Assembly (NCBI GenBank): GCA_036172245.1
Contig: JAYWIR010000172.1
Coordinates: 1-46,077 of the forward strand
From: Raillietiella orientalis
Taxonomy: Eukaryota
Length of the DNA stretch: 46,077 nucleotides
Direction of reading: 5' to 3'
Shown here: positions 23,101 to 34,625 of the stretch, one piece after another
How the letters are laid out: every line of letters starts with the position of its first letter
Position numbering within the stretch: position 1 is the first letter of the stretch
Position numbers and translations under genes: made by a program
Notes under the pieces: model-generated
Databases searched by the model: none
What the model was told of the DNA's origin: nothing
What the model saw: only the letters and a program-made list of their open reading frames with translations

Positions 23101-25000
23101 AAGTCTTTACTTTGACGGAAAATAGGAACGTGCAGATCCCGTGAAAAACAAATAATATGTGTTCCCCCTCTTTGGTGTGCCAATGCATCTTTGCGCATCC
23201 GTCTAAGTATTCATTTCTTTGCGACTCCCAAATTGAAATTTTCCATGACTTTGAATGCTTTTTCTCGGAAGGCTTTATTTCGCCGTTTTCATCACAAACC
23301 ATTAAATTGGGAATCCCACCTTTAGGACATCCCATGATTCCGCCAATCGCGTCGGAACACTTTATAGGACTCTTCACGACTAGCATGCTGCGAAACACCG
23401 ATACGCGAATACAGGAATCTTTCACGAGCCATCCAATGACCACATGGATGATTTTCTTTGCTACCATTGGAATCTTGTATTCCTATGTGCTAACACTTAC
23501 GAGGGTGGATTCTGTTTACAGTACTTCTTGCGCGAGAATCACGGATACGTTTGCAAGTGAGCAAATGCAGCAAAAAGCGCACATTCGTCTTCAGAATGCA
23601 TACAGACCTACTTGTACGGGTTTCTTAAGAGATCATTCAAGAAATGCATTTCCAGGTGCACATTTCTGAGTAATGTTTCAGCAGAATCTGAATCGTGTAT
23701 TCCATGTTCCCTTTTGGGAAAGTGTTGATACGCACTGATGAGGGATTGATGCAGCGCCTCATGAAGTTTTCTCGGGCACTACCTCTTTGTTTCCAAGAAT
23801 CACAGCTTTTTAAATGAACCATCATCCGAAGCGTCTACTCAATTCAGCACTGCTGTGAAAACACCATATTATTTAATTTTTTCCCTCTGGTGTAATCATG
23901 CAAGCAAGACGAATTCCTGGATGCCGCAATTACAAAGCTGGGTTTTTGCGGTGTCCCCTTTATAATGCGGGGTAGATGGGGCTCGGGACTGCTTCTTGTA
24001 ACAAGTCCACTGTATAAAGTAGACTCAGGAGATGCTTAGAAGTGAACTGTGTGAACGGCAGCGCTCGGGTATGAGAGAAAGTGTTGGCGTTCGAATCGCA
24101 CACTTTGTACGTCTCAGTCGCAGACTTGCTGCGACATGGGCATACCATTCCGAGGAAGCCAGCCTTCTAGCTTTTCGTTGAGAAGCAGACGATGACCAGG
24201 AGAGAAAAATTCGTATGCTGCATTGAGTTTTGTGTTCTCTTTTGGAATGAAATGCAGTCCATCCTTAATGAAATCACGTTCAAATCTTCTGTTCACCCGC
24301 GTACCAGATGACTGGAACGAATTCTATTTTTGATGTACATAAATCTTTCCATGTACTTCGCAACTGTTCAATGTAACTCGAGGAAACAGCTGAATGGATA
24401 ACCTGATGATATACGCACCACTTCGTATTGATCTGAATGAGTCATCCAGAAAGGAGAGCCGAGTAGGCGCCAGAGAGCTGCGATCATCGCCCCATGCGCC
24501 CAGCCGCTGCCAATGAAGACGTCACTCTTCCCGCTTCGTGCAGTTTCTTTCTTCCTTAAAGGAGGCAGGCGACTTCTCACTTTGGTAGTTGAGTAGCACT
24601 GCGTGAGATTAGGGAGCGCAGCTCTGCAGCACGTGGTGTAAACGAGTTCTGCAGCTGCTTGCGTGGGCTGCTCATCCTATCTCCTGTGGCGGGTGTCGAC
24701 AGTGCCTCTTTTTCCGGAGCCAGGCGTACTCCGACCCGCTACAGCCATAAATCTTTTCGCACACTGAAACAGCTTCGTGGATCCTGGCAGTGCAGTTGGC
24801 CAAAATTAGTTAGATTCAGGTGTTCTCTTGAATCAAAGAAACCATTTGCTGCAGCTGATGGCCGCAAAACCTCAGGATAATCTCCTTCGTACGGGAATCG
24901 GCGAAAATACTTTGCATGAGGGCGCTCTTCCAGAGAGACACTTCTTACTGTGCTCACCAAGGCGTGTTCCATTACTTCACCACAAGGGCAAGCTCTCTAA
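20200..25000 (-). mobile_element. Highly degenerate Ty1/copia-like LTR retrotransposon gag-pol remnant
   Basis: Eroded motifs in copia order on the minus strand: knuckle-like CPCGEVMEH (~24980), VFIGSG protease-like (~24510), KLHEALH (~23760), GIPNLMVCDENGEI integrase core (~23300), CIRWILENEVRALLV (~21800), NSPVV, WIHPHGF (~21425), *VDM (~20945), GQPTK (~20225). No LTRs or PBS found. Confidence 0.6.
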
Positions 25001-28000
25001 ACTCTAGCTGAAGCTCCAATCTCTCCAGCGTAAGTATGCTGTGTCCACCATTACAGCGCGCAACACACAATTCTACAATTGGAACACGGGAACTCTATGT
25101 GCACCTAGTATTAATCCCCTGTAGGAGTCTTTAGCCCGCTTTTTGTTGCCTACTTAGCACTGAGCTCAGTGCGAAGTAGGCAGCAGAGTGAATTGTCAGT
25201 GTTAACGACTGAGATGTGAAGCGGAGGCTGCTCAAACAGTCCCGGGCGTTCTTTTTCGTAAACAGTGGAAAGCTGGCTGATGACTACGAGCCAGGTGTTT
25301 TGCCCGTCTCCCGATCCTTAGCGCCAATCTGTGTAAGCGAGTTCTGCTGCAAAGTGTTTCGCAAATTCTGCAGGAGCTCGTGCGCAAGGAAGGAAATTTC
25401 CCTGTCCACCTCCAAAGGCCGCTGCATTCGTTTGATGGGGAAGGGTGGCGCCAGCCGGCTAGAAGCCTCATCCAACGTCCGCGTGCGCATAGCTTCCTCC
25501 AGCTGCCCTATAGCTCATTCCTGATCAAGAGGCGCACTTGCACACAGTGCGGCCTTACCACGCGACCTGCGCGCCTCGTCGCACAACAGAATTGACAGTC
25601 AGGGTTCTGGAAGGCCTGCTGCATCGTCTGCCAGGGATGTTGTCTCGCCGGAGTCGTGCAGCATCGGGCTGCCCTCCAGAAACTGCAATGCTCTTGCAAA
25701 AAGTTTCCCTGACAGAATTCTTTCCCGCAGAACCGGTGAGTTATGCAGAGGATGCCATTGGGAAGGAATCATTGTGGTCGATTTCAATCGGTAACCGTAT
25801 CGATTGAAAAAACCTTCTGGATGGTTCGCAGTTCCTCTTACCTTTCCGATGGCTGATGAGGACTCCGGACATGTTGCGTGTCTTCTTTTTTGCATTTGCC
25901 TTATCAAATTTCATGCTGTTGTGATCTCACAAGGGTAGGCCTTGTTTGTTCTGGTCATCTCATTTCTGAACAGAGGTAAGCACCGGGGCATGATTGGTAA
26001 AAGGAGTCGGACCTTTGCCGCTTCCCTGTCCACGGAATAGTGACGTATACCTCCGCCCATATTTTATTGACTTTTTGGAGCAGACCTAGAAAGGACTTCG
26101 TCTGAATGCAGATAAAAGAAAAGGGATTTTCCCTGACGTGTGGGGTCATCCCAGAGTGCGTTGGTTGCAATGAATATTCATCTCAACCCCTCCAGAAATT
26201 GAAACTAGTTCTGATAGTATACACAGTAGAATGAAGCGTGGTCGCTTGTTATGATGTGGTTCATTGCGCGAGGTCTCTGGATGACCGTCGACTTGTCTGT
26301 CTTTCCTCGTCGAAGACAGCAAGCGGAATCATCCAACTCAGGTGAAGATCGGAAAGACGCATGCGACTCCAAAGATGTATGCAAAATCGCACTTTGCCTC
26401 AAAGGATTCCACATGAGGATTTTTCGACCTCGCTAATGATCTGCATGGAGAGAGGATGCACCTTCTGCAGGGGAACGAGTTGGGAATTCCGGAGGTGCCC
26501 CTCTTGATGTTACAACTTGGTGCACTTGCACGCAGGCCGCTGACGCTCAACGCATTCCCGAGAGTTGCGTTCAAGTTGGTTTATACCCGGGTTCGGCAGG
26601 CGTGAATATTCTTCCTTTTTTAAAAAGCAAGCGTACCAAAGTGTGGCAGCACGTTCGGTTTTGCCACGTTCATGGCATGCAAAGCCTACCGACATGTCGC
26701 GACGAAGAGCACACAAATTCACCTCGGCAGCATAGGAATAAAGGGCAAGAAAATGGAACAGAAGCAAGGAAAAAAATCCAAATAAGAACATCTCTGGATG
26801 GATAGGAAAGCGATAGTCAAAGATGAACACAGAGGCTGATCTTATCAGTGTGTCTGCAAAGAAGACTTCAAGTTGCACGCCTTTTCACGTGGGGTGGTAG
26901 GTTGCACAGCCGCTGGAGGAACAGTAGCAAGGGACTCATCTTCGAAGGAGGCAAGGCTGTGGCCGAACAGGATTGCTTGTGCGCTCCGTCAGATACTCGT
27001 ACGCTTCCCAACTCTTTATCACTGGAAACCATTCTTCCCCGAGGAGCCTTCGGGCACCCTCCGCGGTCCGTTCCAAGCGATTTTGTTGTTCTGAAATACT
27101 TCAATTCGGAGTCGCGCGAGTCTATTTGATGCTCCAGAGCCCGTGGCGACCTTTTCGAAGGGATGTTTCTCTCTTCGGCAGAACCAGCTCTCAGAACTTC
27201 GCGTGCAAGGACAAATATATCAGTAGTGTCGTTGTTTGTTTTCCTGCCTAGCCATCGTGTTGACCGTTTCTGCTCGCATTGCACGCAGTTCACTTTATTC
27301 CTTTGTCACCTTCGCAGCACCAATTTCTTCGTATGCAATGCTCTTTCTGGAAGGCTTCTGTATTTCAGAATTTGCTGCGTCACTTTCTTCAAGCAGTTCG
27401 CTTCCCGGAGTGTGTTTGGCTCCTAGGTAAGCCCGGAAGCCTCCGTTGCATATTCGATTCTTTAGTCGATGTGAGGGCGAGTCTCTTTTTTGTGCCCGCG
27501 TTCTTTTTGCGGAAAGTTGTGGCTGTACGTGTGCACCCTTTTCTCTTGCAAGAGTTTGCCTGCAAATGTTAGATTATCACAGACTCACCGCAGCGAGTAC
27601 GCCTGATGTTCGTTTCCCGTGACCCTGGAAAATGTACAACATTAGGCCTGATTACCTACCACGTCTCTCCGATTTCGTCATTGATGCCTACTTCTTTTAA
27701 GATGAAGGACCTATTTGCTATACGCGTACGTGTTCCTTCCAGCCCACTAAATGTGGTGAAAGGCTGGTACAGCACATGTTTTCCGCAAAACAGCATGAAC
27801 AGCAGCACACTTCGACAGTCCGCAACCTTGCGCACATCGGCAGCAAACCCCATTCGGATGGATCCACGCGGATTCGTTCTTAAGGATAGGATAGGTCACA
27901 TCTCACCTTTCTGGAACATTGGCTTCATTAGTAGCCGGTGGACCAACACTACATTTGCACTGCATAGCTCTCCCCAGATGCCGCTTGCAGGCGTTACCAG

Positions 28001-29099
28001 CATTCGTCGAGCGCACACGGAAACGTTGAATTTTCTGAAGGAACAAAATAAGAAAGGATTTAGAAATCATATCTACTTGTATTTATGGGCAACTGCTGCA
28101 CCCATGGACAAAAAACTTCTAATCAGCGAGCTTATGTTTTTATCCCTGCTCGGCGTAGCAACCTCTGCTCCTGGAGACGTCTCCGATACGATTTTTGCCA
28201 CAGGGAATCCGTCAGGCCCAACTGTTGAAATTTGCATCAGAGTCTATTCACGTTCAAGGGTCATCCGTAATGTAAAACCTCTTTTCGCTATCGTGGTCAC
28301 TCTTGGAATTAAAAGCCGTTGCTCACCCTGGGGGATCGGCCACAGGGAGGGCGAGAAACACGCTGGAGTCTCGGGCACAACCTGGTGAAAAGGCGCTTCT
28401 TATAGAGCACGACTCAACATTCCCAACCACCAGAGCGTATCCCATTGCCCGAGAATGTGGAGTTGCAGCGTTCTCCAGCTCCCCCGCTCCTCGGCTCTTA
28501 GCTGCTTCTGCACCTCCCTCCATTCGGAAGAACCACTACCCCACCGGCTGAACGTCTTTCTCTTAGCGCAGGCCGGACTGAGAAAAGCTTTTGCCTAAGT
28601 GGTGGAAGAAAAAACAAACAAACTCGAGTGGTCACTGGTCATCGAGAAGAATCAACAATCCATCGAGGAAGTCCCGACGGAGAAGCTATTTATCACTTCG
28701 GTCTGCGCAGCACTTGGTCTGCTCCTGTTCAAAGAAGACCTGGCTCAGCAAGAGCTGGAAGTACGAAGGACTGCTTTGAACGTAAGGCCTTACGGTAGAT
28801 TGACTTGCTTGTTACATTGTGTGTTTTGAAGAACATTTCGATGTCTCTGAAGTAACTGCATGTGGGCACAAAGGAAGCGGATCTCAATACAGGGTGATTC
28901 GCTTCTTTCCCCGCAATATCATTCAGCGAAGCAAATCTGCTAAAGTAATTCCGAAACAGTGGGATCTTCAAAATCTATGTGATGCACCACGAAATACGCA
29001 TATCTAAAACAGTCTAAAACCCCTTGAGAACTGGGATCACTTGATATTTCGGAATTTCACTGGAAACTGTGCAATGAGAATCCACGAAACACGAAATAA

Positions 29100-29400
29100 G
29101 TCTATGGATGCTTGCAGGCTACGTTGGGGACCTAATGTATGGAGGACATACCGTAACGAACAATGCTCGATCGATTTCACGGTAAGATGACAATACGCTC
29201 TGAGAAATGCCATATCGGATTTCTCAGACTGACGACGGATTCCCGCAGTATGTTGAAGTCTCCTTAATGGGAACTCCCTGTTACACTTCTTGCATATTCT
29301 CACCTAAAATTGGGTAAGAGACGTCTCCATTTCAGCATCGAAACATGGACTTTGCTTTACCCCATTTGCATTGATATTTCCTCACAAATACGAGATGCAA
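29100..29400 (-). pseudogene. Possible very old APE endonuclease remnant
   Basis: GDFNIL at ~29245-29262 and KSIEH (SIDH-like) at ~29161-29178. Confidence 0.3.
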
Positions 29401-30999
29401 TCCGAATAAGAACTTCTGTCCTGCGTCTGCATGCTATTTTCATCACAGGAGGAATGCGCAACTCAAAGCTTTCCATGTTCCGCATTTTGAAAGCCATTAA
29501 AGAATGTCGGTGATCAACGATGCTGTCTTTTCGTGATTTTTATATCACCTTTGATAAACTCGCAAAGCAATGGAGCCTCGCAACGATTATCAATCTGATT
29601 GCGTGACACGGGGTGGCAAACTGCACATTACGATTTTTCTCGATTTCAACATAGTTTCATAGATCCAAATGCTAAAGCCCAAATCCAAACTTCTCATGAG
29701 AATCATCCATTGCGTTCACAGAATTCACGGTATGAAAGCACCCAAACTACCATTTATAGAGAGCCTTCTCTTTCAAAGTTCATGTTTTTCATTATAACCC
29801 TAACTTTATTCATTTCAGTTCCCACATGGAGTTGGACGATCACATGTCAATATTAACTCCGTTCAGTGTAACGTGCAATTTCAATAAACACTCCTCATGC
29901 TGGCTGGAATTCACGCCAGGTTCTTCCTTTCGTGTCGACCTCGTAGAGTACGCTCCCGAAGAATACCATGCAAGCAACTGATAATGAGAGAAAGACTTAT
30001 CATTTTTTTCTTTGTAGTGAAGAAATAAACAGTTTTCCGTTCTCATTTATTCCCATTTCCTAAAATAGAGTAACCATCAAAGACGCCCATCAATCCGCAG
30101 AGCTTTCAAACGTAAGACCACCAGGTCCGTGTCTTTCGTTTCTTGTCCTCACGAATTGCAGTGCACACATTAAAGTCAGGTCGCAAGCGCGGTGCGTGCG
30201 AGTCAAATGTCATGTGATCATCTGACCTGTTCATGCACAGAAATCAGTACTGTTACTGAATGCTATGCATATGGGTTTAACAGATGGCTCCCTACAAGGA
30301 TATTCCTCTGCAGAAGCACAGCGCATTGCTCGATGAACGGGGAGCGAACTCCAGGCTTCGCCGTTGTAAAGCACACGCGGCGATGGGTGAGTTTCAAGAA
30401 TCTGCAACCTGAGGCAAGCAACTAACGAAGAATGAATGAATGGAAGGGAGAGAAACCGACAAACTAGAATAACATCCGCAATGCAGAAGCACTGAAGTCT
30501 CTCCACTGCTGCCGAGAATCTCCGAAATTAAGTGAACTGATAAGAGAAACGCCAATGTTGCAACTTGTGTCTCAGAAGTGTACTCTCAAACTTGTACTCT
30601 CAGAACTGTGGGTGAATATAAACTTCAGGAGGCGTCTCCAGTAATCTCATGTGTTCGGAGCCAGGTTTGAAAACAACACTTGGAAAATGACGACGACTGA
30701 GCCAGGCTACTGCAACAGGCACCTCAGTTCTTGCAATGATATGTTACCGAGGCGAGTTTTTATTTAAAACGTGCAAGCTTTTCTACAGATCATGCAGCTA
30801 AGACATTGCAAGCATGTCTGCTCGAGCTTCCACACTTCCTACAGATGATGCAACGTAGGCGTTTTCACGATGAATTGAGAGAATTCTCGAAACGAATGTG
30901 TTTCTAGAGGGAGTAGTTGGGAAAAATTTTGGTGGATTACGACGGCATAAACCCATTCCTTATCATCAAGTTATTGCCTTCTGAAAATGCTAGGGGCGA

Positions 31000-31450
31000 T
31001 GACAAGTTTTCGTGAGCCCTGCGTACACCACTCAGGTGAGCAGAGGCAATCTCTTAGCGATTCTTCTTTCCGATGACTTCTCTGAATTATCTCCCAATCT
31101 CTTCGTTGCTCTGTTTTTGACCCTCTTGTCTCCAGTCACCAGCACCATCAACATTCTCAGCACCTACTCTCCTCCCCGGACCTTTCTGATTCACCATCCC
31201 ATTGCGACCTTCCATACAACTATCTCCATCCATCACATTTCTTGAATCTGGCTAATCCAATGCACGCAACCTGGAAACGAAACACATCATTTCCTCTCCC
31301 TTCACTCATAGAAGCACAAATCTCGAAATTCAACCCACATGGTTACATCATCACCTCCACGGTAAAAATTCTCTCCTAGGCATTCTTAAATGGTCCCATC
31401 ATCCTCATATTCTAATTTCCACTTGATGCCATAGAAGTAACTGTAGGACT
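31000..31450 (+). pseudogene. Possible endonuclease remnant of an unrelated C-rich LINE
   Basis: INILSTYSPP resembles the APE N(I/V)YxP strand; strong strand skew; other motifs not securely readable. Confidence 0.25.
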
Positions 31451-32149
31451 TATTCAAGCTTACAGCTTTTCTACCCAAACCTCTTTATGTACAAAAATGC
31501 GTTTGATATCAATACACCAACTGTTCATTTTTCATCCTCGCAACCAGAACCAGGCCACCGGTAACTTCACTTACTTTCTCAGCACCACCGATACCCCTTT
31601 CACCAATCTTCACATAGACATGAACACGCTCCGCTGCAAAGTCAAAATTTTAGGTAGATTGATCCAGAAGAACACGAGTCTGAATTTCTGGGTATCCTTG
31701 TTTGAATAAAAATTGCTTTTCAACTTGAAATGTTCAAATCCATTCTGTAAAGAAAACTTTAATTTTTTCTTTCTTTTGTGCATTCTTTAATGCCAACTTT
31801 ACGGCAAAGTAAGAATTCCTTATTTTCTAGGGAAGATTTCGTCGGTGACGAAGCGACGTTCTTTGGGCACACCACTTTGGTATGACCCTTCTCGCCACAA
31901 GTGGGGCATAGTGCGTCCAGGCATCTTTTTTTGAGATGCCCGAATGTCTTTCGAATCCCGCAAAACTTTGGTTTACCAACTCACCTGACGTCGACGAACT
32001 CGCCTCCGAGCTGGAGTTTGTGGGGAAGTTGGGAACCATTGCGCGAAGTCACGCGTTTAGGGACACGCCCACTGAAAACGGCCCTGACCCCGAAACGGTT
32101 GGGTTTCCGCCACGACATATGAATCACGGCGCATTTTTCAATATCGCTT

Positions 32150-34372
32150 GTCTGACGAGGGTGAGAAAGCAGTGGAAAGAGATGGCGGAGCCGCGCTTGT
32201 AACTCTTGCTGTCGCAGTCGATCTGCGTAAAGCGTTCGTCTGCGTTGACCAGGAACACCCTTGGTGCTCCTGGAACGCTTGGGATTCCTGGCCGTCTTCA
32301 GGGCTTATCTGCGCTCCTGCTATCGCTTCGCTCTAATCAACATCACTTTCAGCGGGCGGTGAGAGTACGGCGTGCCGGTTCGGCGTGGCATAAAACTTGG
32401 TGACAGTCTGAAAACCTTGCTCTTTAGCATCTATATCGAGCTGGTGCCAAGGGCATACAGGCAGACTCTGGCAACCCTGGCGAGCTCGTGTGCCGGCACG
32501 ACTGCGAAGTCGGCCTGCGTCGACGACCTTCTGCTCCTGCTCCCCGGGTCCACCTCGGCGTCGGCGCTCGAAGATTGATTTGAGTTGCTGCGCCGCGGGA
32601 CGGGCCTCGAGGTGAACAGGGAAAAATCCATGATTGTTTCGACACCTTCGACTACGGCGTAAGCCGAGCGGTCGGAATGGTTCCGCTTGGGGATCCCCAT
32701 GGGTAAGTGCTTCAAGTAAATTGGCGTTTTGTTGAGCGTCCGATATCAAGCAGAAGCCTGGTCCGACCGTCTCGAAAAGGTAGTGTTGGCAATCGGCCCG
32801 TTCTGGAACTGCAAGTTTTAATTACAGGAGCAAGCTGCAGTGTGCAACGCGTTCGCGGCCCCCCTTCTTCGCCCCTTACTTTTTGTTTGGCCCGCACCTC
32901 CCATCATACAGAGAAGGACCAAAGCCCTCTTGAGGACTGCCCTTCGGGGCACAGCGAGGTCGCGTGTCCGATTGAAAGACTTGTGCGCTCCACGCAGGGA
33001 AGGTGGCTTGAGCCTCCTAACGTTGAAGCGCATCCAACTACAAACAACACTTCGAAAGTTAGCCCTTGCAGCTAGCTTATGGATGACGCCATGGTGCGAT
33101 CCGGCACGGCAACTCGCCAGAAGAGCGACCGGCTGCGAAGGATTGTGCTCGATCTTCGTGGCCTACCAGCGCAGCCTCTCCAACTGTGGCCCCGATTTGC
33201 GCCAGATGGTCGCCCTGATAAGGGAGAATACCTGGATCTCTTGCCTCCCCGCGAACTGCACTGCCTGGCTTCAGGACTCAGCCTCCGCGTGGGCTGAGAT
33301 CAACGGCACGAGCGAGGCGTTATACAACTGTCTACGACGAGGACCGTACGCTCGACAGCCGCTGCAGGAGATTATCAACACACCCAGGAAGTTTCTGTGG
33401 ACTTCTTTCAGCCCTCTTGCCACCATTCTGTCCTCCCTAGAAAACACTAGGAGCAGCAACGAGCTGGCATCGTGGGAAGTGTCCTGCCTCATCCGAGGCA
33501 GAAAAAAACCTGTAAAGGCGTGGACGACTCGGGAGCTCACGGACGCTGCTACTCCGAGCGTTTCGCCTCACGGACTTGCGCGCTGAGGAGTGCTGCTCGC
33601 AATACCTCCGGAGGAGGTGAAGTGGCCCCCAGCGTGTTGGGTTTGCTGCACACTTCCGTTGAAGTGGCACGAGACGGCGATGCTATTTCTGCACTGGGGA
33701 CTGTTAAGCAGAGCACGGCTGTTTCACCGGACACTAGGTAATGTGGATGCCCGCTGTGTCGAGTGCTGAAAAAGAGAAAGCTTCCCGCATCTCACCATCG
33801 AGTGTGTCGCCCTGGATGGACTCTGAAGTCGAATCGCCCCAATCCTCCTTTTTCCAGTAGGCGACCCTAAGAAATTTACCGTCGCCTCTTTCTGCGTGAC
33901 GGCCTGCGCACCGCTGCGTCTCTACCAGTCCTCTGCTGCGTGCGCGGCATTGTGCAAAGGTGGCACGCCAGATGAAGAGACTCAAGATGCAGGGATGCCA
34001 TCCACTGGACGACGATCTCTTTAGAGACGGCGACAAGGTGGCGTCTACCTTTCAGAGTTAAAACAGAACTTGACTGCATCCTGAACAGGATGCGGAGGAC
34101 CGACCCAGGCGCTCAGTGATCCCTTCCCTGCCTTCCCCCTCTCCCCATACAACTGTTTCCCTCCAGTTATTTTTCTTTTTCTTTGTTTTTGTTTCAGTAT
34201 TCCCTTCCCATGCGCCTCGGGAATGGACCTAACCGGTCTATGCACTGGCAACCGACACGTCAAGCAAGGTGGGAGAACCCAGTGTTTCTCCACAGAAAAC
34301 ATGTTTTTAAAGACTTTATTATATAATTTTTTGTGAAAAATCAGAATGATAAATGCCCCGGCATATCCGGGT
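32150..34372 (+). mobile_element. LINE 3' half (RT to 3' terminus), decayed
   Basis: AVAVDLRKAF, RRGIKLGDSL, CVDDLLL, PRREGGLSLL, ELTDAAT, CVEC...HLTIEC; terminus GATAAATGCCCCGGCATATCCGGGT. Left edge uncertain, may extend to ~31850. Confidence 0.88.
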
Positions 34373-34625
34373 GACACACTTCGGCTGCAGCCGAGCATTC
34401 CTGGCCAGCGTAATCGAGCAGACAATCCGCTCCAGACTGCCAAACCTGGCGCTCGGCCCTGGCCTTGTACTCCGCCAGACGCTGGACGTCCGTGCATCGG
34501 GAGAAGATACGCGCCAGCAGATAGGATCTCCTGTTCGCGACACCCACCCCGAAGTCTGGGGGTAGCAGGTGCAAGGAGTACCGGCAGCAGAACTCGCAGA
34601 GCGATCTTTTTAAATTGTCGCAGTC
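34373..34625 (-). mobile_element. ~250-bp ORF2 linker fragment trapped between two plus-strand insertions
   Basis: DCDNLKRSLCEFC...LPPDFGVGVANRRSYL...WQSGADCLLD...AAEVC, equivalent to A1 ~2607-2862. Confidence 0.88.

Noticed and set aside
18700..27000. LTR pair and primer-binding site for the copia remnant
   Set aside because: No matching direct repeats or tRNA-complementary PBS found by eye.
27606..28388. 260-codon ORF as a host gene
   Set aside because: No recognisable domain or paralog; may be a chance or antisense frame.
30578..30608. Short tandem duplication TGTACTCTCA(G)AACT
   Set aside because: Only two units, with no supporting context.
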